Below are positions 37,901-51,147 of a DNA stretch of 64,000 nucleotides, piece by piece. Below the pieces are notes generated by a model. That model was not told the DNA's origin. It saw only the letters and a list, made by a program, of their open reading frames with translations, and did no database searches. Source of the stretch: Laetmonice hystrix (lineage: Eukaryota); contig OZ249436.1 of assembly GCA_965235115.1 (NCBI GenBank), positions 2,792,001 to 2,856,000 on the forward strand, read 5' to 3'. The translations under genes were made by a program, and so were the position numbers. Positions within the stretch are counted from its first letter, which is position 1. Each line of letters starts with the position of its first letter.

Positions 37901-39632
37901 CGTTACATGACGTCAGGATTCGATGCCTGACCATACTTTGTCATTGTCAAGATGTGTGCCAAATTTCATTTTGATATTTTGAAAATTGACTGAGATAGAC
38001 ATACAAGTTTACTACTACTACTACTACAACTACGACGCCAAAAACTAGACACGTTGTGGCGATACCACAATTGATCCCATCCCCGGGGAGTCACGTGATA
38101 GGCCTATATGACATGTTCTGAGTAGGGTAAACTATGGCTCGATCTTGCACAGTTAATGACCTATAAGCTTTAGAAGATGCCAATGACGTAATTATGAGGT
38201 GACACGTCATACTGCGTAATGAATCTTGGTCTCAAATGAAAGAGCATGTAGGCTATATGACTTCCTATTACTGTTTAGGCTAATAGTAACTATAGCTCTA
38301 ACTTCTACCATTTACAAGTTATAGCCCTGAGAAAAATACCTATGACACCTTATGATGCCAGTCAAGTCACGTAAAAAAATGTCAAGTGAAAGATCATATA
38401 TGACTTCCTATTAGGGTTAAATGGTAACCATTGCTCTATCTTGAATGGTTTAGGATTTAGAAACCTTCGAAGATGTCAATGGCATCATTATGACATAATA
38501 ATGATAGGGGCCTTACATTACATCATAAATCTTGGTGTCAATTGAAAGAGCATACAATGTATATGACTTCCTATTCCTGTTCAATAGTAACCATGGCTCC
38601 ATCTTGCACCGTTTACAAGTTATAGGCTGAAGAAATAATGATAACATCATAACGTCATGCTCCTCCCGCAGGCATGCACAGATCCAGCACTGCACAAAAG
38701 GAGGGGCACCAGAGGTGCGAGGCGAACATGTGGGCGGGGACTTGAATCAGAGAACCTCGATATGGTATCGAGGTTCTTTGCTGGAATTTAGAAGGTCAAA
38801 AAACGCTATTTCTGGAGATAGATGTAAAGTTTCTCAAAGTATTTAAGGCGCGTGTCGGTAGACCCCATTCTCCGCCAGAACATAGATTCTTTTTCCCTTC
38901 AACACGGAACGAACAGGTGCAAAGCATTCCGGCTATTTTCAACTGGTTGAGTGATGAATCAACAAAATATAATGCCCTAAAATGGCCCTAAAAGGCGGAA
39001 AATCGCTTCTAAGAGCTTTTAATTTTTAAAGATTTCCCGAGACCCCTCTGCTGAAAATCCTGGACCCGTGGCTAGCCTAACAATAATTTTTTGTCAATTC
39101 TTCAAAAAGAAAGAGTGGGGGTATAGAGGGATGTGCCCACGCCGGGCGGCGCCACCCGGCACCGATTTTAGCCGCCTGGCACAAAACTAAAATGGTTTAA
39201 GTGCTGCCCGGCAGGAATTTTTATCAGGCCTATCATCTGAAAAAATATCTCCCCATCTGCACCCCTTGCCAACTGAAAACCTTGCGCCTTCGCTGCTAGC
39301 GCAAAACTACCGCCCGGCATTCATTTTTTTCTGGGCGCATCTGCCCATGGCAAGTTGACATGTGCACTGACAAGTGCTTTCCTATATATTTTAGTATTAT
39401 ACAAAAATGATAGCATCATAACATAACAGTTCAATGTGTCTAATTACAGTGCTAATTTTCTCTTCACCCTTGTTAACATTTCTTTTTGGTAGTAGAGTCG
39501 TCGCTTGAGTTTTGAAGTTTTTATTCCTGAGGCACACGGTTGTCCCGCTTCGACCAATATGTCACTAGGCAGTCAGTGTCTATCCTCATAGTCAAATCTA
39601 TATCTCTGTCCTTTCTCTGCTCCTTTTCCCCT

Positions 39633-39694
<62 letters not shown>

Positions 39695-40254
39695 TGCTCT
39701 TATATATCCCCTCGTTCACGTTTTTGCCCCAGTCCCAGTTTAAAGGATGGTCACTGGTCATTGGCCGGTGGCCCACGTCCAATTAACTGACCGCCCCCTG
39801 ACCGGCTCCTTTGATTGAGAGCTGCCGCCCGATGGCTGGCATGTTATATGACTGAGAAGGTACCTCTTAAGTATTTCTCACAGAGCGTTCCCCTTCTCCC
39901 TTCCGCAGACCCGCTCAAGTGATTGCTGCATCTATTGTGTGTGCTGCTCGCCAGGACGACTGCATACCTGTATACTGTGCACACCGTTCGTTCACTTCTA
40001 TCTCTCGCCATTCAGCCAACACGTAGTCATACATCATGAAACTTTACCAATAGGTGCGAATGTCATCCACACCAGACTGTTGGCTCAGGCTAAACCAAGT
40101 GCAGCTGACCAAAAGCTTGTCGTGTCACTTGAACTCCACAACCAACAATCAGTAGTATTGTTTTATTCAGCTCTCCTACATAAGATTAAAAAACAAATGC
40201 ATTAGGCAGTTACACCTACAGTTCAAAGGCACAGCTAAGTCAGTTCTGAATACA

Positions 40255-40457
40255 GGTATATCGCCCATGATAACTTAAACTCCACGAAATTTGGTGGAAA
40301 GGAAAGATCCATGGCCCTGACCTTATCCCTAACCCCTAACCCCTAACCCCAGTTCCTACACCTCCCCAAAACATATCCCTACCCTACCCCTATCCCTGAC
40401 ATTAACCCTAACCCCTGCCCAAACATTTCGTGGAAAGTTATCATGGGGGATAGAACC
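40255..40457. mobile_element. Second copy of the 8-bp-TSD MITE, carried in HINE body A'
   Basis: Same TIRs and TGAATACA TSD as 34713-34915. Confidence 0.8.
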
Positions 40458-43400
40458 TGAATACACAATCATATTCCTCCCTCACTGGGAGGGAGGGGGG
40501 AGTAGGCCGGCCGGCCGGCCCTTATCACCAGCACTTACGTAACTCTCTCCCGGCCTGGCCAGGGACCGGCGGCCGCATCACAGTGGGAGATCTGTGTATT
40601 CAGAGATGTCAACTGTCAGACGGCAAAAATATTATTGTGAAGACTATACCCATTAAAACTTACAATTCTGGCCATATTACCTTTCCAAAACGAGAACTAA
40701 ACAGCCAGTGGTATACCTGAATCTATACACTTTGTAATTGTTGTATTTGTATATGGCTATCTTAAACAGGTTTAAGCTAGAGCCTGTCAACGTCAGATTA
40801 CATTATTTCATCATAAATAAAAAAGATATTGGTAAATTTATGAAAAGAAATATGCAAAGTGACCAATCGTCAATAGCAGCACATATCTATTGACCAAATA
40901 CACGATTCTTATATGACTAAAGCAGTTTTAGAAAAAAAATGTCAAAAATGACAAACTTCAAAGTCACGTGGTTCGGTGAAAATAGGTCAAATCGCTAATC
41001 CTTGGAATCGTATTGTGAACCTTTCGTTAGAGAGTGTTTCTGCCGAATATTGTCGAATTTTACAAAAAAATAGAAAAGGAGAAGCAATTTAACCGATTTG
41101 TGACCAATGACCCAGTTCACCCTAAGGTCAAAGGTCAAAGGTCAAATCAAGACTCAAATTGAGGCAGCACCTATGGCCGATTATGAGGCCATGACGGGTT
41201 TTTAAAAAAATTCCCAATATGAGCTTAAAAATTGCTTCAATTTTCATAATACGTTTGACGTCATCACGTTATGACGTGACGTCACATGACGTCAGGATTC
41301 GATGCCTGACGATACTTCGTCATTGTCAAGATGTGTGCCAAATTTCATTTCGATATTTTGAAAATTGACTGAGATAGACATACAAGTTTACTACTACTAC
41401 TACTACTACTACTACAACTACGACGCCAAAAACTAGACACGTTGTGGCGATACCACAATTGATCCCATCCCGGGGGAGTCACGTGATATATGACTTCCTA
41501 TTCCTGTTCAATAGTAACCATGGCTCAATCTTTCACCGTTTACGAGTTGGAGGCTTAGGAAAATAATGTTAATATCATTATAATCTCATACGTCGATCAT
41601 GATCCTGCTTTCATGCAGGCTCAGATCCAGTACCGCAAGAAAGGAGGGGCACCAAAGGTGCAAGGCGAACATGGGCGCGGGGGGGGGGGGGACTTGAATT
41701 TAGAAAGTCAAAGAACGTTACTTCTGGAGCTAGATGTGAAGTTTCTCAAAGTATTTCAGGCGCATGTAGGGGTCCGGGGGTTGGACCCCCTCTCCTGCTC
41801 CCCCAGAGCATAGATTCATTTTTCCTTAGATTCAGCGGGACACCATCGAACGAACAGGTGCAAAGCATTCTGCCTATTTTAAACTGGTTGAGTGATGAAT
41901 ACTGAATAGGCCTACACAAAATATAGTGCACTAAATGGGTCCATAAAAGGCTTCTAATTTAAAAAAAAAAACATTTCGGCGACCACCCTGCTGAAAATCC
42001 TAGATACGTGGCTGTATTTAGACCTAGCCTAACAATAATGTCAATTCTTTAAAAAGAAAGAGTGCAGATACGCCCCTGACATGTCGAAAGGGATCATAGA
42101 GATCTACTGCATGGTATATCTACCTATTTTGATATATTAATCATTGTGGAAGGATACATTAAAATCGTAATTATATCTAGAGACTCTGATTGCCAAGCAA
42201 TACAGGTAGGTCCCATTTCCCGAATGGTTTTCTATCATTACCTATATTTTTCTCTCATTTAATTATTGTCCCAACAATAGCGTCATTTCCATTCACATGG
42301 AAGTTACTAAGTATTCTTTTGACATTATGAAATATTATAGTCCTGATGGATTATATGGATTATACCCGTTACGGGCATCATGACAAATATCACAGACTCA
42401 AGAACAATAGGTGCGAATGCCATCCACACCAGGCTGTTGGCTCACGCTGAAACCAAGTGCAGCTGGCCAAAAGTTTGCCGTGTCTCTTGAACTCCACAGC
42501 CAACAATCAGTAGTAGCCTAGTGTTTTATTCAGCTCTCCTATGTAAGATTTAAAAACAAATGCATTAGACAGTTATATCTACAGTTCAAAGGCACAGCTA
42601 ATTCAGTTATGTCAGTTCTGAATACACAATCATCCTCCACCAAACCGACCCTGACTGGGAGGGAGGGGGCGGAGTCACAACCCGCCTGCCAACCCGGCCG
42701 CCTGGCCGGCCCTTATCACCAGCGCTTACGTAACCCTCTGCCGACCCTGGCTCTGGCCTCCCAGCAGGTGATTTGTGTATTCAGAGATGCCACCTGTCAG
42801 AGTGTAAAAATATTATAGTGAAGACTATACCCATTAAAACTTACAATTCTGGCCACATTACCTTTCCAAAACAAGAACTAAACAGTCAGTGGTATACCTG
42901 AATCTATACACTTTGTAATTGTTGTATTTGTATATGGCTATCTTAAACAGGTTTAAGGTAGAGCCTGTCAACGTCAGATTACATTATTTCATCATAAATA
43001 AAAAAGATATTGGTAAATTTATGAAAAGAAATATGCAAAGTGACCAATCGTGAATAGCAGCACATATCTAGTGACCAAATACACGATTCCTATATGACTA
43101 AAGCAGTTTTAGAAAAAAATGTCAAAAGTGACAAACTTCAAAGTCACGTGGTTCGGCGAAAATAGGTCAAATCGCTAATCCTTGGAATCGTATTGTGAAC
43201 CTTTCGTTAGAGAGTGTTTTTGCCGAATATTGTCGAATTTTACCAAAAAATAGAGAAGGAGAAGCAATTTAACCGATTTGTGACCAATGACCCAGTTCAC
43301 CCTAAGGTCAAAGGTCAAAGGTCAAATCAAGACTCAAATTGAGGCAGCACCTTTGGCCGATTATGAGGGCATGACGGGTTTTTAAAAAAAATTCCCAATA

Positions 43401-45814
43401 TGAGCTTAAAAATGGCTTCAATTTTCATAATACGTTTGACGTCATCACGTCATGACGTGACGTTACATGACGTCAGGATTCGATGCCTGACCATACTTTG
43501 TCATTGTCAGGATGTGTGCCAAATTTCATTTTGATATTTTGAAAATTGACTGAGATAGACATACAAGTTTACTACTACTACTACTACTACAACTACGACG
43601 CCAAAAATAATACAGAAGACGAAACCACACAATTTCTAAATCCCATCCCCTCCGTAGGGGATGGGATAATAATACAGAAGACGAAACCACACAATTTCTA
43701 AATCCCATCCCCTCCGTAGGGGATGGGATAACTAGACACGTTGTGGCGATACCACAATTGATCCCATCCCCGGGGAGTCACGTGATATATGACATGTTCT
43801 GAGTAGGGTAAACTATGGCTCGATCTTGCACAGTTAATGACCTATAAGCTTTAGAAGATGCCAATGACGTAATTATGAGGTGACACGTCATACTATGTAA
43901 TGAATCTTGGTCTCAAATGAAAGAGCATGTAGGCTATATGACTTCCTATTACTGTTTAATAGTAACTATAGCTCTAACTTCTACCATTTACAAGTTATAG
44001 CCCTGAGAAAAATACCTAAAAAAATGTCAAGTGAAAGATCATATATGACTTCCTATTAGGGTTAAATGGTAACCATTGCTCTATCTTGAATGGTTTAGGA
44101 TTTAGAAACCTTCGAAGATGTCAATGGCATCATTATGACATAATAATGATACATTACATCATAAATCTTGGTGTCAATTGAAAGAGCATACAATGTATAT
44201 GACTTCCTATTCCTGTTCAATAGTAACCATGGCTCCATCTTGCACCGTTTACAAGTTATAGGCTGAAGAAATAATGATAACATCATAACGTCATGCTCCT
44301 CCCGCAGGCATGCACAGATCCAGGTATCGAGGTTCTTTGCTGGAATTTAGAAGGTCAAAAAACGCTATTTCTGGAGATAGATGTAAAGTTTCTCAAAGTA
44401 TTTAAGGCGCGTGTCGGTAGACCCCATTCTCCGCCAGAACATAGATTCTTTTTCCCTTCAACACGGAACGAACAGGTGCAAAGCATTCCGGCTATTTTCA
44501 ACTAGTTGAGTGATGAATCCACAAAATATAATGCCCTAAAATGGCCCTAAAAGGCGGAAAATCGTTTTATAAGAGCTTTTAATTTTTTAAGATTTCCCGA
44601 GACCCCTCTGCTGAAAATCCTGGACCCGTGGCTAGCCTAACAATAATTTTTTGTCAATTCTTCAAAAAGAAAGAGTGGGGGTATAGAGGGATGTGCCCAC
44701 GCCGGGCGGCGCCGGGCGGCGCCGGGCGGCGCCACCCGGCACCGATTTTAGCCGCCTGGCACAAAACTAAAATGGTTTAAGTGCTGCCCGGCAGGAATTT
44801 TTATCAGGCCTATCATCTGAAAAAATATCTCCCCATCTGCACCCCTTGCCAACTGAAAACCTTGCGCCTTCGCTGCTAGCGGAAAACTACCGCCCGGCAC
44901 TCATTTTTTTCTGGGCGCATCTGCCCATGGCAAGTTGACTTGTGCACTGAAAAGTGCTTTCCTATATATTTTAGTATTATACAAAAATGATAGCCTCATA
45001 ACATAACAGTTCAATGTGTCTAATTACAGTGCTAATTTTCTCTTCACCCTTGTTAACATTTCTTCTTGGTAGTAGAGTCGTCGCTTGAGTTTTGAAGCTT
45101 TTATTCCTGAGGCACACGGTTGTCCCGCTTCGACCAATATGTCACTAGGCAGTCAGTGTCTATATGTTCCTCATAGACAAATCTATATCTCTGTCCTTTC
45201 TCTGCTCCTTCTCCCCTAGTCTCTCTCTCTCTCTCTTGGTGCTCTCATATATCCCCTCGTTCCCGTTTTGGCCCCAGTCCCAGTTTAAAGGATGGTCACT
45301 GGTCATTGGCCGGTGGCCCACGTCCAATTAACTGACCGCCCCCTGACCGGCTCCTCTGATTGAGAGCTGCCGCCCTATGGCTGGCATGTTATATGACTGA
45401 GAAGGTACCTCTTCTATAAACAGTCCTTAAGTATTTCTCACAGAGCGTTCCCCTTCTCCCTTCCGCAGACCCGCTCAAGTGATTGCTGCATCTATTGTGT
45501 GTGCTGCTCGCCAGGACGACTGCATACCTGTCTACTGTGCACACCGTTCGTTCACTTCTATCTCTCGCCATTTAGCCAACACGTAGTCATACATCATGAA
45601 ACTTTACCAATAGGTGCGAATGTCATCCACACCAGACTGTTGGCTCAGGCTAAACCAAGTGCAGCTGACCAAAAGCTTGTCGTGTCACTTGAACTCCACA
45701 ACCAACAATCAGTAGTATTGTTTTATTCAGCTCTCCTACATAAGATTCAAAAACAAATGCATTAGGCAGTTACACCTACAGTTCAAAGGCACAGCTAAGT
45801 CAGTTCTGAATACA

Positions 45815-46024
45815 GGTATATCGCCCATGATAACTTAAACTCCACGAAATTTGGTGGAAAGGAAAGATTCATGGCCCTGACCTTATCCCTAACCCCTAAC
45901 CCCTAACCCCTAACCCCAGTTCCTACACCTCCCCAAAACATATCCCTACCCTACCCCTATCCCTGATATTAACCCTAACCCCTGCCCAAACATTTCGTGG
46001 AAAGTTATCATGGGGGATAGAACC
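45815..46024. mobile_element. Third copy of the 8-bp-TSD MITE, carried in HINE body A
   Basis: Same TIRs and TSD, with one extra TAACCCC unit. Confidence 0.8.
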
Positions 46025-47257
46025 TGAATACACAATCATATTCCTCCCTCACTGGGAGGGAGGGGGAGTAGGCCGGCCGGCCGGCCCTTATCACCAGCAC
46101 TTACGTAACTCTCTCCCGGCCTGGCCAGGGACCGGCGGCCGCATCACAGTGGGAGATCTGTGTATTCAGAGATGCCAACAGTCAGACGGCAAAAATATTA
46201 TTGTGAAGACTATACCCATTAAAACTTACAATTCTGGCCATATTACCTTTCCAAAACAAGAACTAAACAGCCAGTGGTATACCTGAATCTATACACTTTG
46301 TAATTGTTGTATTTGTATATGGCTATCTTAAACAGGTTTAAGGTAGAGCCTGTCAACGTCAGATTACATTATTTCATCATAAATAAAAAAGATATTGGTA
46401 AATTTATGAAAAGAAATATGCAAAGTGATCAATCGTCAATAGCAGCACATATCTATTGACCAAATACACGATTCCTATATGACTAAAGCAGTTTTAGAAA
46501 AAAATGTCAAAAGTGACAAACTTCAAAGTCACGTGGTTCGGTAAAAATAGGTCAAATCGCTAATCCTTGGAATCGTATTGTGAACCTTTCGTTAGAGAGT
46601 GTTTCTGCCGAATATTGTCGAATTTTACCAAAAAATAGAAAAGGAGAAGCAATTTAACTGATTTGTGACCAATGACCCAGTTCACCCTAAGGTCAAAGGT
46701 CAAAGGTCAAATCAAGACTCAAATTGAGGCAGCACCTATGGCCGATTATGAGGCCATGACGGGCTTTTAAAAAAAATCCCAATATGAGCTTAAAAATGGC
46801 TTCAATTTTCATAATACGTTTGACGTCATCACGTTATGACGTGACGTCACATGACGTCAGGATTCGATGCCTGACCATACTTCGTCATTGTCAAGATGTG
46901 TGCCAAATTTCATTTCGATATTTTGAAAATTGACTGAGATAGACATACAAGTTTACTACTACTACTACTACTACAACTACGACGCCAAAAATAATACAGA
47001 AGACGAAACCACACAATTTCTAAATCCCATCCCCTCCGTAGGGGATGGGATAATAATACAGAAGACGAAACCACACAATTTCTAAATCCCATCCCCTCCG
47101 TAGGGGATGGGATAATTAAGGCGCAGATAAAAAAAATAGTGCCTTGGCCACCCTTAACCTCCGCAATATAATCCCTTCACCAACCCTACCTCCCCCCTCC
47201 CCCCCCCCCCCCTCCACCCAGAGAATACGCCCCGGCCGGCCGTTCCGATCACCTGTT

Positions 47258-48775
47258 GCCCTGCCTCCTCCACCCCTGCCACCGGTCCACACCTGACCGT
47301 GCCGCTTGGCCTGCCTCCTCCTGCCCTCCTACCGGTCCACACCTGACCGTGCCGCTTGGCCTGCCTCCTCCACCCCTCCTACCGGTCCACACCTGACCGT
47401 GCCGCTTGGCCTGCCTCCTCCACCCCTTCCACCGGTCCACACCTGACCGTGCCGCTTGGCCTGCCTCCTCCACCCCTCCTACCGGTCCACACCTCTCCAC
47501 CCCTCCTACCGGTCCACACCTGACCGTGCCGCTTGGCCTGCCTCCTCCACCCCTCCTACCGGTCCACACCTGACCGTGCCGCTTGGCCTGCCTCCTCCAC
47601 CCCTCCTACCGGTCCACACCTGACCGTGCCGCTTGGCCTGCCTCCTCCACCCCTCCTACCGGTCCACACCTGACCGTGCCGCTTGGCCTGCCTCCTCCAC
47701 CCTCCTACCGGTCCACACCTGACCGTGCCGCTTGGCCTGCCTCCTCCACCCTCCTACCGGTCCACACCTGACCGTGCCGCTTGGCCTGCCTCCTACCGGT
47801 CCACACCTGACCGTGCCGCTTGGCCTGCCTCCTCCACCCCTCCTACCGGTCCACACCTGACCGTGCCGCTTGGCCTGCCTCCTCCACCCCTCCTACCGGT
47901 CCACACCTGACCGTGCCGCTTGGCCTGCCTCCTCCACCCCTCCTACCGGTCCACACCTGACCGTGCCGCTTGGCCTGCCTCCTCCACCCTCCTACCGGTC
48001 CACACCTGACCGTGCCGCTTGGCCTGCCTCCTCCCCCTTCCTACCGGTCCACACCTGACCGTGCCGCTTGGCCTGCCTCCTCCACCCCTCCCACCGGTCC
48101 ACACCTGACCGTGCCGCTTGGCCTGCCTCCTCCACCCCTTCCACCGGTCCACACCTGACCGTGCCGCTTGGCCTGCCTCCTCCACCCCTCCCACCGGTCC
48201 ACACCTGACCGTGCCGCTTGGCCTGCCTCCTCCACCCCTTCCACCGGTCCACACCTGACCGTGCCGCTTGGCCTGCCTCCTCCACCCCTCCTACCGGTCC
48301 ACACCTGACCGTGCCGCTTGGCCTGCCTCCTCCAACCCTCCTACCGGTCCACACCTGACCGTGCCGCTTGGCCTGCCTCCTCCACCCCTCCTACCGGTCC
48401 ACACCTGACCGTGTCGCTTGGCCTGCCTGCCTCCACCCTCCTACCGGTCCACACCTGACCGTGCCGCTTGGCCTGCCTCCTCCACCCTTCTACCGGTCCA
48501 CACCTGACCGTGCCGCTTGGCCTGCCTTCTCCACCCCTCCTACCGGTCCACACCTGACCGTGCCGGTTGGCCTGCCTCCTCCACCCCTCCTACCGGTCCA
48601 CACCTGACCGTGCCGCTTGGCCTGCCTCCTCCACCCCTCCTACTGGTCCACACCTGACCAGCTACCGTGCCGGTTGGCCTGCCTCCTCCACCCCTCCTAC
48701 CGGTCCACACCTGACCGTGCCGCTTGGCCAGCCTCCTACCGGTCCACACCTGACCAGCTACCGTGCCGGTTGGCA
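47258..48775. repeat. 50-bp GC-rich minisatellite, about 30 copies
   Basis: Unit CCTGCCTCCTCCACCCCTCCTACCGGTCCACACCTGACCGTGCCGCTTGG. Confidence 0.97.
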
Positions 48776-48981
48776 TGCCCCGCCGCCCGCCACGCTGTCA
48801 CCCCGACTCGCCCGCTGCTGGTGACCGCCGCCATACCGCTCGCCTCAGCCGAACTGGGTTGCGATGGTCTACCAGCCGGAACGACCAAGCATTAAGCCTC
48901 AGCAAGTGAACAGTCCAGGATTGGAGGTGGAAAGTTTACCTCAACCCGCCCACACTGACTGGAAACCGTGTTGTCTTCCAG

Positions 48982-49118
48982 ACCCGGCCTCGTGGGTGGC
49001 AGATTGTCCTACCGGAGCTGGCACGAGGAACACCTCACGGACGCTATCAGCAGAGACGCACTCATCACTGGACACGGAGTTTACCTGGACAGTGGCCCGC
49101 GCTGGCCAGTAGTTGGAC
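48982..49118 (+). other. Candidate 137-nt internal exon, coding status unknown
   Basis: Acceptor TTGTCTTCCAG and donor GAC|GTGAGT. Two frames are open across it, e.g. PGLVGGRLSYRSWHEEHLTDAISRDALITGHGVYLDSGPRWPVVG. Confidence 0.3.
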
Positions 49119-49856
49119 GTGAGTGTTTCTATACCACCCTTCCTTTTTTAGGGTAGAAAATGTGGACTGACCAGTCTGCTGTGGGGTTATGGGCCGATCA
49201 GAGGGGCGTGTTGGCAGCGGTCACGACTTGACCACTGGCCAGCGGTCAGCGGACGCCTGGAGGGTGAGTCGAGCGTCTCACAGAGGGGTGTTGTAGGTGT
49301 AGGGGGGGGGGTGAGGAAGTTTACCGGCAGAGCGACAGGTGACACTACCCGCCCAGGTATGTCAGATAATAACATGACTATGTACACATTCCCTACCAGA
49401 AAATGATACATGCTGCCCGTATTTCGGTAGGAAGGTATTCCCTACTCACGGTCAGATCTATAATGGTCGGATTAGGGTACCAGGCCGGGGTTTCAGGGCG
49501 GAGAGAGGGGGTTAAACCTGCCACCCCGCCATGCAGAACCAGCGGGGTTACCACCATCTAGGGTAGATCGAGATACACCGCGCTGGCCTTTGATCCATTG
49601 TTACGTAACGCATTATGACGTAGTTATATACGCTGTTACGTAACGCATGATGACGTAGTTATATAGTATTACGCTGTTGTTGTTACTGATACCTTCGAGT
49701 ATTTGACTCGGGAGAAGCATATGGCTGTGATCCTTGAGTAATTAACTGTGATCATTAGAGCCAGGTGGTATAAGCGACCTGTGGGTCAGAGATCAAAGTG
49801 TTGCCAGGTACAGGGCCAGGCGCTCTCGGTTGGATCATGGAGGTCATTTCAGGATG

Positions 49857-49858
<2 letters not shown>

Positions 49859-49919
<61 letters not shown>

Positions 49920-50050
49920 AAACAGAGGGGAGAGAGGGGAGGGAGGGGGGAGGGAGAGAGGGAGGGAGAGAGAGAGAGAGGGAGAGAGGGGAGGGAGAGA
50001 GAGCGAGAGAGAGAGAAAGAGAGAGACAGAGACAGAGACAGAGACAGACA
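49859..50050. repeat. (GA)n / purine-rich microsatellite
   Basis: Directly visible. Confidence 0.95.
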
Positions 50051-51147
50051 GAAACTAACTGCAGGGTAACAAAGTTAGAACCCCAAACACTAAGTGAACA
50101 ATGCGCCCCTGTCAATGTTAGTTGAGTGGTGGACTCTGCCCATTGGTTTGATTAATTGTTGTTAGATCCTTAATTTAAACACTGGTGTTTTATGGCATGT
50201 GTACCCTCTATACGGTACCTGTCAACTAGGATTACGTCATGTAAACCTGGCCTTTGTTAGCCCTCTGTGTGTTAGTGTAAAACACTGCCCTGTTTGTCAC
50301 AGCATACGGAACCCGACGACGGTGGCTATAATACCGGTAGAATCTTGCGTGTGTTCTGTTTAACACTGAACTCCCTTCAGATACTAACTCTACTGAACAC
50401 GAAACGCTCCAGCTCGCTTCCTCCGTCCGGCTGGCTTGTTTAATCTGTATGATGTAAGATATCTTGGGACGACCTGTTCCGACCCACTCGGAGCTAAATT
50501 AAGCACACGGACTGACTGCCCCTGCCTCACCCCATCTTTTTACCCTCCTATCTGAAGACCTCTGGGTAATTAGGCCGAGTAGTTGACAACCCCTAGGACA
50601 GGCGATGGTGTTGACAAGGTGGTATGAGGGTAATGGAAGGGGTAGGGTGTAAGGGGTTGACAAGGTGGTATGAGGGTAATGGAAGGGGTAGGGTGTAAGG
50701 GGTTGGCAAGGACTGGGGGTAATCGTAAGAAGGGTAGGGTGAGGTTTATACCCTGGTCACGACGAGCCGAACGCTGGCGTCCCCGGCACACGGAAGATCA
50801 CCGGGTATGTTGACAAGGAGGGCCGCGGGATCAACAATAGCATGTCACACGCGAGTCCCCCCCCCCCCCCCCCCACCAGGTGTACATGGAGCTAGGACAA
50901 AACCAACTTCCGTGAACTGCTAATACCCACCGCTCCCCATGGGATGTATGTTCAGACATACACATCCCAAAATACCACACAACTCTCTATACCTGCACCT
51001 GGACTATATTTGTTGTATTGAAAAACGCACACCCAACCATAGGCAAATAAACTCTGTGTAATATCAAGGCTCTAAATAACGTACTCTCATTAGGTGTGCT
51101 CCGGGTAACACTAGAGCATGTTTTTGATTTTGATAGGGACCCTTATT

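Larger units (their letters stand above)
32636..47115 (-). mobile_element. Stack of five nested/tandem non-autonomous Helentron (HINE) copies, family 3: bodies A-B-A'-B-A plus four 62-bp 5' heads
   Basis: 3' ends (plus-strand AACTAGACACGTTGTGGCGATACCACAA-T(T/A)-GATCCCATCCC; on the minus strand a subTIR, a TTGTGG/CCACAA hairpin and CTAGTT) occur at 32636, 35887, 38043, 41431 and 43730. 5' heads with hairpin ATCCCATCCCCT-CCGT-AGGGGATGGGAT lie at 43608-43669, 43670-43731, 46992-47053 and 47054-47115. A (TAC)n microsatellite lies next to each 5' junction. Confidence 0.88.

Noticed and set aside
34397..45765. 88-aa ORF conserved in three copies (34397, 39939, 45499)
   Set aside because: The conservation reflects recent duplication of the HINE body. 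It has a GTG start and no recognisable domain.
9938..47115. Autonomous Helitron or other transposase ORF
   Set aside because: There is no long ORF and no Rep/HUH, helicase, DDE or RT motif anywhere; all elements here are non-autonomous.
47154..48895. Many overlapping Gly/Arg- or Pro-rich ORFs
   Set aside because: The 50-bp unit is not a multiple of 3, so these are repeat artefacts.
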